Source: Gloeobacterales cyanobacterium
GTDB taxonomy: Bacteria; Cyanobacteriota; Cyanobacteriia; Gloeobacterales; PMM-0068
Length of the DNA: 61,041 bases
Direction: 5' to 3'
Assembly (NCBI GenBank): GCA_038245785.1
Contig: JBBRSB010000032.1
Coordinates: 1-61,041, forward strand
Shown here: positions 10,128 to 19,646 of the stretch, in pieces
Layout: every line of letters starts with the position of its first letter
Numbering within the stretch: position 1 is the stretch's first letter
Program-made: the position numbers and the translations under genes
Notes under the pieces: model-generated
What the model saw: only the letters and a program-made list of their open reading frames with translations
The model's database searches: none
Told to the model about the DNA's origin: nothing

Positions 10128-10998
10128 GCCCCTTGTGCAGTTTTCGCTCCTCTTGTCTCTGTTAACAGTGAATATGCCCCTCCTTCAACCCGCTATGGCT
10201 CAAGAAGAACAGAATATTACCTATGCCAGTGATGGTCTTAAGGTCAAAGCAAAGATCTTCTGGCCCGCTGGGAAAGGTCCCTTTCCTGGGGTGATCTATA
10301 ACCATGACGGGGTCAAGGGATTATCCACGTCTACCATTGCGCGCTGTCAAGAATTGGCCCAGCAAGGCTATGCCGTCATCGCTCCTACCTACCGGGGGGA
10401 GGATGGCTCTGAGGGAACGATTGAAGTAGCGCAGGGTGAAGTGAACGACGTTCTGAATGCGCTGAATCTATTTAGAGCGATGCCCCGAGTAGATCCTAAA
10501 CGGATTGCTTTTGTCGGTACTAGTCACGGTGCATTGGTCAGCCTGCTGGCTGCAACCAAGACGGATAAAGTCAAAGCCCTTGTTTTTGGTTATGGCGTGG
10601 CCGATATCTACAGCTGGTTTGACTATCTCAAAGAAAGCAAGCAGTTAGGAGATGATGCGCTTACGCAACAGGTCTATGGCAAAGGCCCTAAGGATAAACC
10701 AGAAAACTTCCGAATCCGTCATGCCCTTACCATCCTTCCTAACCTCCGGGTTCCAGTCCTTATTCTGCAGGGGGATAAAGACAAAATTGTTCCTTTAGAG
10801 CAGGGGCAGATTCTCCAAACCAAACTTACTAACCTCCACAAGTCCTCGGTCTTGAAAACCTATCCCAACAGCGGCCATGGCTTCTTGATCTATCAAGAAC
10901 GGGAAATCAAGCGCCATGGGGCAGACTCTGTAGAGTACAAAGAATCTCGCGCAGCCTGGGGTGAGATGATGACCTTCTTGGCTGAGAAATTACGCTAG
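10120..10998 (+). CDS. Secreted alpha/beta hydrolase (S9 peptidase/dienelactone hydrolase-like)
   Basis: Signal peptide; GTSHG nucleophile elbow, GDKDKIVP Asp, GHGF His. Confidence 0.85.
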   Translation: MIKPLVQFSLLLSLLTVNMPLLQPAMAQEEQNITYASDGLKVKAKIFWPAGKGPFPGVIYNHDGVKGLSTSTIARCQELAQQGYAVIAPTYRGEDGSEGTIEVAQGEVNDVLNALNLFRAMPRVDPKRIAFVGTSHGALVSLLAATKTDKVKALVFGYGVADIYSWFDYLKESKQLGDDALTQQVYGKGPKDKPENFRIRHALTILPNLRVPVLILQGDKDKIVPLEQGQILQTKLTNLHKSSVLKTYPNSGHGFLIYQEREIKRHGADSVEYKESRAAWGEMMTFLAEKLR

Positions 10999-11007
10999 CC
11001 ATAAAAA

Positions 11008-11646
11008 CTAGTTCTGGCGGACTGTTTTGTAGAGTCTCTGACGCAAGAACGACAGGCTTACCCACTTCATTGGGAAGTACAGGCTGGCAATAACGACAAA
11101 GGTTACGGCAATGACTACTAGAGGCCGTTTCATGACGAGGTCATCTAGGATGTCACCCGCCAGGTTATGAGGCTGCGTTACTAAATCCCAGCTATTAAAT
11201 CTTTGGAATCTTCCGAGGTAGATGCCAAGGGCGCTTAGGCCGTGGATCAGAAACTCTATCCCCAGCGTCCAGCGTTTCCATCCTTGGCTACTTAGGTAAT
11301 GACCTAGATTGATCAGAGAAAGAACATAGGCTTCAAAGCCAATGAAAAAGAAGATCAGATAGGAAGGGAGGACGATCAGAGTAATCAGATACACCGAAGA
11401 GTAACGCCGCACATCTTCAATTAGATGAATTATATCTGTTAAGACATAGGGTGCATTGGGCAAGAACGCTAGAAATATCAGGGCTCCCATCCACCAGAGC
11501 ACGGTATGCGGACGAGTTCGACGGAATAGCCAAATACTCAATCCTAAGGGAATCAGCGCTAAAAACAAGTTCCAAGCCATCCAATCAAGATTTTGATAAA
11601 GGGCTTCTAGAGCAGAGGGTAGCCAATTCAGCAGTTGAGATTTCAT
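11008..11646 (-). CDS. DUF1361 membrane protein
   Basis: WNLFLALIP, FLPNAPYVLTDIIHL, GIYLGRFQRFNSWD. Confidence 0.88.
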   Translation of the reverse strand: MKSQLLNWLPSALEALYQNLDWMAWNLFLALIPLGLSIWLFRRTRPHTVLWWMGALIFLAFLPNAPYVLTDIIHLIEDVRRYSSVYLITLIVLPSYLIFFFIGFEAYVLSLINLGHYLSSQGWKRWTLGIEFLIHGLSALGIYLGRFQRFNSWDLVTQPHNLAGDILDDLVMKRPLVVIAVTFVVIASLYFPMKWVSLSFLRQRLYKTVRQN

Positions 11647-11876
11647 GGACTAAACACGTATTGGACAAGAATATTGAGCATTTAAAAAGCTACGGTGATT
11701 TTCGCATCTTAGGAAGTTCATTTCTAGCACATTCGCAAAAGCGAGAAAAAGAGTCATGCTAGACAGCGCATCTCGGTCTAGCTATTTTCACAACTTAGCA
11801 GTCTCTGTATCAACTCCTGGTGTCACTCAACTAAGATTTGTGCTCAAATTCGTTGGAATAACCTCAAAATGAAGAG

Positions 11877-12449
11877 ATGGATCTCGATTGGCGGTTACTT
11901 ATTTCCGGATATGTTCAGGGCGTTTTTCCAATGGCGAGCGAGACAGGAGCCATTCGCTGGTATGCGCCAGACCCGAGAGCTATTTTCGAATGGGAAAGCT
12001 TTCATGTGCCCCGCAGACTTGCTGAAACCCTTAAGAAAGATCCCTATCGGATTACCATAGACCAAAATTTTGCTGGGGTCGTTAAGGGCTGCGCTACACG
12101 AGAAACGACTTGGATTTCTAAGGATATCGAGCGGATTTATTTTGATCTGTATGAACGGGGTTTTGGGCACAGTATTGAAGCTTGGCAAGGCGATGAATTG
12201 GTAGGTGGGCTGTATGGCGTAGCTTTAGGGGGTGCTTTTTTTGGTGAATCTATGTTTCATCGAGCCACGAATGCTTCCAAAATCGTTCTCTGCCATACGG
12301 TCAACCACTTGAAAAAACAGGGTTTCGTTCTATTTGATATTCAATACGTCAATCCTTTTTTGGAACAGTTTCATCCCACAGAAATTTCTTTAGAAGAATA
12401 TTTGGAACGGTTAGCTGCAGCGTTGACGTTGAGATCGACGTTTTTGTAG
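11877..12449 (+). CDS. aat: Leucyl/phenylalanyl-tRNA--protein transferase
   Basis: GVFPM, PDPRA, HSIEAW, LVGGLYG, FFGESMF, NASK. Confidence 0.95.
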   Translation: MDLDWRLLISGYVQGVFPMASETGAIRWYAPDPRAIFEWESFHVPRRLAETLKKDPYRITIDQNFAGVVKGCATRETTWISKDIERIYFDLYERGFGHSIEAWQGDELVGGLYGVALGGAFFGESMFHRATNASKIVLCHTVNHLKKQGFVLFDIQYVNPFLEQFHPTEISLEEYLERLAAALTLRSTFL

Positions 12450-12651
12450 GAGCTGATTAAAAGGGCATTTTTTAAGCTCTTTACCAAAGGCTTAACTGGA
12501 GCCTATTTTCTTTCCCTGACACAGTGACACGGACACGATTGCAGGTCTGCGTAAGGATTTTTAACCTACGAAACAGAAAGCTTAAGGTACCTTCGATCAT
12601 GCGTGTCTAAAGAAAATTGGAAGAGTTATAAAATATAGGTTAGGGGGTTGC

Positions 12652-13371
12652 ATGAGCGTCCAGCTTGCACAGATGCTCCGTGAGGGCACTAAGAAATCTC
12701 ACACCATGGCAGAAAGCACAGGTTTTGTTGCCTGTTTTCTGAAAGGTACCGTCGAGAAAAATTCTTACCGGAAATTGGTATCCAGCCTGTACTTTGTTTA
12801 CAGTGCGATGGAAGAAGCGATAGAAGAGCATCGCAACCACCCTATCGTTGGCAAATTTTACTATCCTCAACTATTCCGCAAGTCCTCTCTGGAGCGCGAC
12901 TTAAGCTATTATTTCGGCCCCAACTGGCGTAGTGAAATTCAGCCATCAAAAGCGACGGTTGCTTATGTTGATGGGATTCGGCGGTTGGCGCGAGAAAATC
13001 CGACCCTCCTGGTTGCTCATTTTTACACCCGTTATATGGGAGACCTCTCTGGAGGTCAGATCCTCAAGAATATTGCGGTGAAGGCCATGGGCCTGAATGA
13101 CGGACGTGGGGTAGCGTTTTATGCCTTCGACGCCATTCCTGATGAGAAGGCTTTCAAAAATGAGTACCGTCAGGCGATGAATCAGCTCCCAATCGATGAG
13201 GCTACGGCTCAAGCGATTGTGGACGAAGCGAATGAAGCATTCCATATGAATATGAACCTTTTCAAAGAATTGGAAGGCAATCTGATTATGGCGATTGGCA
13301 AGATTCTGTTCAATTCCCTGGTCGGCCGTCGTGGCAAAGCCGCACAGGGACAGCCAGTCCCCGCAGAATAA
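12652..13371 (+). CDS. ho1: Heme oxygenase (biliverdin-producing)
   Basis: LREGTKKSHTMAE, AHFYTRYMGDLSGGQILK, EANEAFHMNM. Confidence 0.95.
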   Translation: MSVQLAQMLREGTKKSHTMAESTGFVACFLKGTVEKNSYRKLVSSLYFVYSAMEEAIEEHRNHPIVGKFYYPQLFRKSSLERDLSYYFGPNWRSEIQPSKATVAYVDGIRRLARENPTLLVAHFYTRYMGDLSGGQILKNIAVKAMGLNDGRGVAFYAFDAIPDEKAFKNEYRQAMNQLPIDEATAQAIVDEANEAFHMNMNLFKELEGNLIMAIGKILFNSLVGRRGKAAQGQPVPAE

Positions 13372-13392
13372 CACCCAGCCATTTTTAAATTC

Positions 13393-13422
13393 GGTAGGGG
13401 CGATTTGTAAATCGCCCCTACC
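13393..13422. repeat. GTAG-type REP-like palindrome between convergent ho1 and mntH
   Basis: GGTAGGGGCGATTT-GT-AAATCGCCCCTACC, perfect 14-bp inverted repeat. Confidence 0.8.
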
Positions 13423-13466
13423 AGAAATTCAATGTTCAAAAACAGATTTAAAAACGGCCCCAGCCG

Positions 13467-14777
13467 TCACAAAAATAATTGTCCAAGCAACCAAATATTT
13501 ACCCCCGCAATCATCAGCCCGACAATCCAGGCTAATCCCTTGACCCAAGAAGGGTTCACCAACGCACCCATCATCTGGCGATTGCCTGTGAAGAGAATCA
13601 AAGGAAATACCGCGAAGGGAAGCTGCAGACTGAGGACCACCTGGCTAAGTACGAGCATTTTGCCAAGGCTCTCTTCTCCAAAGTAAATAATGCCTACCAA
13701 AGCAGGGATAATAGCTAGCCCGCGCGTAATTAAACGTCGAAGCCAGCAGGGAATCTTTAAATCCAGAAACCCTTCCATGATAATTTGACCGGCCAAGGTG
13801 CCTGTAAAAGTAGAACTTTGCCCAGCGGCCAGGAGTGCAAAGGCAAAGAGTAGACTGGCGGCACCTGTTCCCAGTAGAGGGGTCAGAAGGCGATAGGCGT
13901 CTTGAATCTCCGCGACATCTTGGTTCCCAGAAAAGTGAAACGTCGCAGCAGAGACGATTAAGATTGCTGAATTGACCAGCAGGGCAAAAAATAAGGCAAT
14001 AGTTGAATCCAAGGTCCCATAACGGAACGCCTCGCGTTGATTATCGAAAGAGCGGGTCTGCACGATAGATGAATGCAGATAGAGATTATGGGGCATTACG
14101 GTCGCCCCTAAAATGCTGACAGCAAGGTAGAGCATCTCAGGATTTTGGAGAATTGCTGCCTGTGGCACGTAACCCCGCGCAACGGCAGACCAATCCGGCT
14201 GGGCAAACAAAATTTCCACTAGGAAACAACCACCAATCAGAGTGACCAATCCCAATATCAATACTTCTAGCCAGCGAAAGCCTTTTCCCTGAAGTGCAAG
14301 GACTATGAAGATATCCAGGGCTGTAATGCAGACGCCTGCAACCAAGGGAATATTAAAAAGCAACTTCAGGGCCAGGGCACTCCCCAAAAGTTCAGCCAAA
14401 TCGCAGGCAATAATCGCAATTTCTGCCAATACCCAAAGAAAAAGACTCACAGGCCGACTAAAGGCACTGCGGCATACTTGGGCTAGGTCTTGCCCTGTGG
14501 CCACTCCCAACCGAACGCAGAGAGACTGAAGGAGCACGGCCATCAGATTGGATAGAAAAACCACGCTCAGCAGGGCATAGCCGAACTGGGACCCCCCAGC
14601 AATGTCTGTGGCCCAGTTTCCTGGGTCCATATAGCCAACGGCTACTAAGTAACCTGGCCCGAAAAAGGCCAGCAGCGTTCTCCAAGTGCTTTTGCCTTGG
14701 GGAACGGCAACTGTGCCCCGAATTTCTGAAGGGCAGAAGGGAGCTGTGGGCTTTTTGGGAAGACTCCATTGGATCAT
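13467..14777 (-). CDS. mntH: Nramp divalent metal (Mn2+) transporter
   Basis: GYMDPGNW, GATVMPHNLYLHS, GQSST.TGTLAGQ, SQVVLSLQLPF. Confidence 0.95.
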   Translation of the reverse strand: MIQWSLPKKPTAPFCPSEIRGTVAVPQGKSTWRTLLAFFGPGYLVAVGYMDPGNWATDIAGGSQFGYALLSVVFLSNLMAVLLQSLCVRLGVATGQDLAQVCRSAFSRPVSLFLWVLAEIAIIACDLAELLGSALALKLLFNIPLVAGVCITALDIFIVLALQGKGFRWLEVLILGLVTLIGGCFLVEILFAQPDWSAVARGYVPQAAILQNPEMLYLAVSILGATVMPHNLYLHSSIVQTRSFDNQREAFRYGTLDSTIALFFALLVNSAILIVSAATFHFSGNQDVAEIQDAYRLLTPLLGTGAASLLFAFALLAAGQSSTFTGTLAGQIIMEGFLDLKIPCWLRRLITRGLAIIPALVGIIYFGEESLGKMLVLSQVVLSLQLPFAVFPLILFTGNRQMMGALVNPSWVKGLAWIVGLMIAGVNIWLLGQLFL

Positions 14778-15002
14778 GAAGGTATCCGCTCGTGTGTAAG
14801 CCTTTGCTGCCGCTAGGAGACTGCAACAACATCAGTATTGCAAGGCTATCGCAACTTCAGAGCTTGTGCTACTTAAAAATAGACTCTTTCTTCTTTCTTT
14901 AAAGTTTTTTACCTGTAGATAATCTGAGTGAGGCCGACGAATTATATGGGCAAACTGCTTCAAATACGTCAAGATGAAAAGAGCATCCCGTGGAAAATCG
15001 TC

Positions 15003-15113
15003 ATGTCAAAAGAACAAAAGAGTAATAGAGAAGCTAAAAAGCCAAAGGCTCAGTCTAAAAAACAAAAGAAAGAAGCTAAAAATAATGGTGGGCTTGGCAT
15101 TAAGCCAGCCTAA
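15003..15113 (+). CDS. Small Lys-rich protein (36 aa)
   Basis: MSKEQKSNREAKKPKAQSKKQKKEAKNNGGLGIKPA; resembles small bacterial SNREAKKPK-type proteins; weak SD (GGAA). Confidence 0.5.
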   Translation: MSKEQKSNREAKKPKAQSKKQKKEAKNNGGLGIKPA

Positions 15114-15254
15114 CGGTCACCCGATCTATCTAAACGAGGGAAGTCCGTTAGAGAGATGACGATTTGCCTCTACGTCTAACGTTGCTATTGATCATCTACG
15201 GCGGATGTCGATAAGCTGCGGATTAATTAGGTCTCTTTGGAGGAGTGTCATTTG

Positions 15255-15626
15255 ATGAAAGAGGCTAGTAATGTCTTGGGAGGAAGGCTGGAACTCTGCT
15301 GCACTTCCCCCATGACTGGATTTTATCGAGATGGAATGTGCACCACAGGCGGTGGAGATGTTGGCACGCATGTGGTCTGTGCACAAGTCACCGAAGAGTT
15401 CCTTGCCTATACCAAGTCGAGAGGCAATGATTTGAGCACGCCTGCTCCCCGGTTTAGTTTTCCCGGTTTAAAGCCTGGAGACCGTTGGTGCTTGTGTGCT
15501 TCTCGATGGAAAGAAGCCTTCGATGCTGGAGTGGCTCCTCCTATCGTCTTGGCCTCAACCCATGCGTTAGCGTTGGAATATGCTTCTTTGAGTGAACTTA
15601 AGCAACATGCACTCGATCTTGCTTAG
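15255..15626 (+). CDS. DUF2237 family protein
   Basis: NVLG, PMTGFYRDGMC, GNDLSTP, GLKPGDRWCLCASRW; SD GGAGGAG upstream. Confidence 0.9.
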   Translation: MKEASNVLGGRLELCCTSPMTGFYRDGMCTTGGGDVGTHVVCAQVTEEFLAYTKSRGNDLSTPAPRFSFPGLKPGDRWCLCASRWKEAFDAGVAPPIVLASTHALALEYASLSELKQHALDLA

Positions 15627-15690
15627 TTTAAGCGCGGAAGCCTCCACAGGTTCTAGCTCCAGAGCCATTCCTGGGAATCCATCTGCTGGG

Positions 15691-16053
15691 CTACCCTACC
15701 AAGATCCTTAATTCTGCCTCTCCGAGACTTTCCAGAAAAATCTCATTTTGCTTCTGATTAAGTAGTACTCCTTTTTCATCAAAATCGGGAAGGCGCAGCA
15801 GTTGCTCTGGCTGCTCTCTATCCATTACTGTCTTGAGGTATGGATTTCCCCCGTAGCTTGCAATGATAATTTCTACTGCTCTGTCCTCTGTCCACAGATA
15901 GAAAACATATTGCTGATTAAAAATAGCTTGTACTGCCTGCTCTTGGGTAAGCAACCAGCCATATCCTCCGATATGAGAAATACATTCATGAGGATTTTGC
16001 CGAGATGTCTTGGTAGTGCAAGTCACCTGCATCTTACAGGTAGTCACTATCAT
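15691..16053 (-). CDS. DUF3892 domain protein
   Basis: QVTCTTK..R.NPHECISHIGG..W, GNPYLKT..D...EQLLRLP. Confidence 0.75.
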   Translation of the reverse strand: MIVTTCKMQVTCTTKTSRQNPHECISHIGGYGWLLTQEQAVQAIFNQQYVFYLWTEDRAVEIIIASYGGNPYLKTVMDREQPEQLLRLPDFDEKGVLLNQKQNEIFLESLGEAELRILVG

Positions 16054-16109
16054 TCAAGTTCTCCCAGGGAAGAAGAATTAAGAGAAAATTAAGAATGGCT
16101 TACTTTTGT

Positions 16110-16340
16110 TTATTCCCCTGTAAGGAGCCAGCTTGGATGAATGTTATACACTTCATAAAGGCGAGAAAGAAATTCCACGTTAGGTAATTTTTCCTCTCTC
16201 TCATACTGAGCCAGAGTACTTTCACAAATTCCAAGTTCATCGGCGAATTGCTTTTGAGAAAAAGGAAAACGCACATGAGAAATACGAGAACCAAAACCAG
16301 CAGGCTTGTTCAGAGTAGGCAGAGAAAAACTTTTGATCAT
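16110..16340 (-). CDS. XRE/Cro-CI HTH-only regulator (lacks the S24 domain of its paralog)
   Basis: GSRISHVR..SQKQFADELGI.ESTLAQYEREEKLP...WLLTGE-stop; closely similar to the N-domain of 17612..18289. Confidence 0.75.
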   Translation of the reverse strand: MIKSFSLPTLNKPAGFGSRISHVRFPFSQKQFADELGICESTLAQYEREEKLPNVEFLSRLYEVYNIHPSWLLTGE

Positions 16341-16407
16341 GTCTTAGTGAACCTTTGGTAGAACTAGCTATCTTGGCCTGAGTAGAGATATTTCAATTCT
16401 TAGTATC

Positions 16408-16469
16408 AGGTTATACATGATTGCCCGTGCTGTCTCTCTGAAATTTGCTTAATATACCTTAATCTTGCT
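16408..16469 (-). promoter_or_regulatory. Putative AraC tandem box plus -10 element upstream of the small XRE gene
   Basis: AGCAAGATTAAGGTATATTA-AGCAAATTTCAGAGAGAC-N18-TAACCT on the minus strand. Confidence 0.55.
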
Positions 16470-16475
16470 CAAGTT

Positions 16476-17387
16476 CTAGAGACTGTTCCGATAGTCCCTA
16501 GGTGTCGTTCTAAGAAAACGGCGAAAGAGCGTAGTAAAGTGACTTTGACTCTGAAATCCAACTTGTTGTGTGATTTCTATAATAGACAATTCCTTCTTAG
16601 CTAATAACTGTTTTGCCCGCTCAATCCGACAATTGGTTACATACTGATGGGGAGGCATTCCGGTAGATTGCTTAAACAAACGTGCGAAATGATAGGGACT
16701 GATATGAACAAGCGAGGCCAGTTCGGTCAAACTTAAGTTGTGGTGTAGATAGTCATTGATGTAGTCTATAACCTGCTGTAATCTATATCGAGATAGACCA
16801 CCTGTATATTCTTGGATAACCTGTTTGTGAACGGTGTAATGTCGCAGAAGGTGAACAGATAACAGGGTCCCTGCTGTTTCAGCATAGAGGCGACTTCCCT
16901 CTTTATTGGACTTGAGTTCCGACATAAGCGATAGCCCAAGACCTTGAATCAGGGGATCTTTGGTTCCTAATTGAGGCTTCAGCTCAATTTCTTGGCCTGT
17001 TGTAGATTCAAAAACAACCTGCTGCATGAATGCAGGATCAAGGTAGAGATGAATGAATTCAACGTCCCCTTGCCAACGCATCTTTTGGGGCTGATGAGCA
17101 GGAGATATTCCTATATCACCACTCTGTTGAAGTCCATCCTGAAGACAGCCATCTTCTGCCAATAACTTCACTGTGTTCGAGTGACCTGCGTGGAGATGGA
17201 TAGTGTGCTCTGCAAGGAAAAACTCAGGAGTTTCATGAGTTGGTTGGTGGCAGTAACTTGCGCAAAGACCCTTCCATCCGGCCCCCCCACTAGAAAATGT
17301 GGGTAGATTAGGAACAACTCGTAAAATGTCACTTTCTGACGCTGGACTAAGCGCTGTAGATTTTTCTAGGGATCTTTGTTTTATCAT
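16476..17387 (-). CDS. AraC-family transcriptional regulator (full length)
   Basis: 303 aa; N-terminal sensor domain, then GGLSRYRLQQVIDYI, SPYHFARLFKQSTG, RIERAKQLL, GFQSQSHFT. Confidence 0.95.
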   Translation of the reverse strand: MIKQRSLEKSTALSPASESDILRVVPNLPTFSSGGAGWKGLCASYCHQPTHETPEFFLAEHTIHLHAGHSNTVKLLAEDGCLQDGLQQSGDIGISPAHQPQKMRWQGDVEFIHLYLDPAFMQQVVFESTTGQEIELKPQLGTKDPLIQGLGLSLMSELKSNKEGSRLYAETAGTLLSVHLLRHYTVHKQVIQEYTGGLSRYRLQQVIDYINDYLHHNLSLTELASLVHISPYHFARLFKQSTGMPPHQYVTNCRIERAKQLLAKKELSIIEITQQVGFQSQSHFTTLFRRFLRTTPRDYRNSL

Positions 17388-17611
17388 TTTGGCCTCTTCT
17401 TTGTGTCAGCCCTGTGTCGAATGTATGAAAGCGATGGAGTCTTAGAATTTAGGTGTCCTCAACTATGTAGAGATGATTTCTAACTACAGCTACTCTATTT
17501 TTCCTACAGTATTCTCGCATCCCTCTACCGACTGATACTCTAATTATTAATGCATATTGTTTTTAACAGGAATAGTTCTAACTAGGAGCAATAGAAAGGA
17601 GCAAAAAAATG

Positions 17612-18289
17612 CTAAATTCTTCGAGAAACTCGGATTATTCTTCCAACAATTTTTAGTCTTTGTGTCGATTCATTCGGGTTTATTGTCCATGACTCGTACG
17701 CTGGATTATCACTAATGACTTTAATTGAACTTCCAGAAAAGCGTTGCAACCGTTTAATAATCAGGGCATCTTCTACTTGTAATGCATAGATTCCATCGCG
17801 GACGGTAGTGTCCTTGCAGTTGACTATGACCATATCACCGGGAGAGAGAGTCGGTTTCATGCTTTCCCCCTCTATATCAATCAGGCGGAGGTCTTCTGGC
17901 TCTGCTTGAAATTGACGGAGCGCCCAACTTTTCTTGATAAAAACAAGTTCTCCTTCTTTCTGGTCTCTCAAGCTGCCATAGATAGGAATAGACACATAGT
18001 CTTCTAGAAGGGAAATTGGAGGCTCTGTGGCCGCTGGACTCCTGGATTCACCAGTAAGGAGCCAAGTAGGGTCGACTCCGTAGACTTCATAGATGCGGGT
18101 TAGTAATTCTGAATCGGGAAGGCGTTCTTCCTTCTCGTACCGAATCAGAGTGTTTTTGTGAATTCCTAGAGAATCGGCGAACTTGCCTTGGGTGACGCGA
18201 GAACGAACCTGAGTGATGCGAGCACCGATGCCACGAGAACTAGATGCACTAGACGGACAAGACGGACTGGACGGAGAAGAACGTTTCAT
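17612..18289 (-). CDS. XRE HTH + S24 peptidase (CI/LexA-like) repressor
   Basis: HTH TQGKFADSLGIHKNTLIRYE, WLLTGE; catalytic GESM.P and IKRL; SDNPAY. Confidence 0.93.
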   Translation of the reverse strand: MKRSSPSSPSCPSSASSSRGIGARITQVRSRVTQGKFADSLGIHKNTLIRYEKEERLPDSELLTRIYEVYGVDPTWLLTGESRSPAATEPPISLLEDYVSIPIYGSLRDQKEGELVFIKKSWALRQFQAEPEDLRLIDIEGESMKPTLSPGDMVIVNCKDTTVRDGIYALQVEDALIIKRLQRFSGSSIKVISDNPAYESWTINPNESTQRLKIVGRIIRVSRRI

Positions 18290-18407
18290 TGCGCTTTGGT
18301 GACCTGATATCTACAAATTTCCCTATGCATAACGCGATATTCAGTGGTGAAGTGATCCTGTGGCTAGATTTGTGGTTTTCTCTGTGAATTTGCTATCTCA
18401 GTAGACA

Positions 18408-18469
18408 ATATTACGAAATATCCTATATTTCGTCTTCCTAGTTCTTGCTAAATCTCCCTTATTCTTGCT
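18408..18469 (-). promoter_or_regulatory. Putative AraC tandem box plus -10 element, with a palindromic operator in the spacer
   Basis: AGCAAGAATAAGGGAGATTT-AGCAAGAACTAGGAAGAC-N18-TAATAT; palindrome CGAAATAT-cct-ATATTTCG at 18414-18432. Confidence 0.55.
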
Positions 18470-18789
18470 TACAAACGTTCTCTATAAGCACTAGGGGTTA
18501 TACCAACAGAACGGCGAAATAAATTGGTAAAGTGGCTCTGACTTTGAAGGCCAATTTGCTGTGTGATCTCTAGTATAGATAGATCTTTGTTGGCGAGTAA
18601 CTGCTTTGCTTTCTCGATCCGGCATGTGGTCAAATATTGATGAGGCGGAGCGCCTATGGACTGTTTGAATAGTCGGGCAAAGTAGTAGGGACTCATCTGC
18701 GCAATAGCCGCCAGTTTGACTAAGCTCAAGTCTTGATCTAGGTGGCCTTCGATGTAGTCTATTACTCGTCGCAGTTTGTACTCAAACAT
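18469..18789 (-). CDS. AraC DNA-binding-domain-only protein (possibly a truncated remnant)
   Basis: 106 aa; KLRRVIDYI, SPYYFARLFKQS, RIEKAKQLL, SQSHFT; paralog of the C-domain of 16476..17387. Confidence 0.75.
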   Translation of the reverse strand: MFEYKLRRVIDYIEGHLDQDLSLVKLAAIAQMSPYYFARLFKQSIGAPPHQYLTTCRIEKAKQLLANKDLSILEITQQIGLQSQSHFTNLFRRSVGITPSAYRERL

Positions 18790-19646
18790 CCTATCCGCAT
18801 GTTCCGCTATGTTTTGGTATTACTTTTATAATCTCTCTAAAAAGAGTGAGACCAGGAATCCTTTCCTAGAGAGTCTTTTTAGAATTAGCTGCGATTCCTC
18901 TTGGGCCAGTGCTTTCGCTTTCTGTGGAATGAATAATCACAGTAATGCACCTTAGTCTAGTAGTAACTTTGTACTGTTGTCTTGCCAATTCTTGCCAAAA
19001 GTACAGAACGCACTTTTAATTTCTTGAAACTTAATTATGACAATATAAGAGCAAAACGTGCCGCTCCAAATCTGAAAATTTAACTGCTGAATGATTTTTG
19101 AGCTAGAAGGGGATTGGGCTACTAAAAATGTACTAACTTCACAACTTATTGGCTCATGGTGTGACAAACTCAACGGCTTTGCTGGTCCATCGTTAAACAT
19201 TCATATATACTTGAAAAGTAACAGCCATCCATGAAATTAGCAGATTTTAGTTTAGAACACTTGTTCCAGTTCAATCAGAATTTAGTCTTCGCCGATACCT
19301 ATTTTTTGTATAGCAGGACACTTTCTAACTGTCAATCAGGTGAAAAATATCAGACTAAAGTTGGCAAGAGATGCTTTTATTATCACAAGCCTAATCAATT
19401 GCTCTCCATCTAGTAGTTGCAATAGAAGGAGTGGGTCCGGCCTGCACTGCTCCAGGATACTTAAAAATGTGCGTGCCTGGCTACTGATGATGTGCAAACG
19501 CTATTAGTTTTGATGTGATTTTACAGTCGCAGTCTAGGCAAGGCTACAGCAGGTAGAGGGCTCCAAGGGATTTCTGAGTCACTGCTCTCCACTCAGTGCT
19601 CTATCAGCAAGTTAAGCTAGGCTGATAGCTCTTTCTCTATTTTCCT

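Noticed and set aside
14778..15000. Mn riboswitch or ManR box upstream of mntH
   Set aside because: No recognisable yybP-ykoY core or convincing direct repeat.
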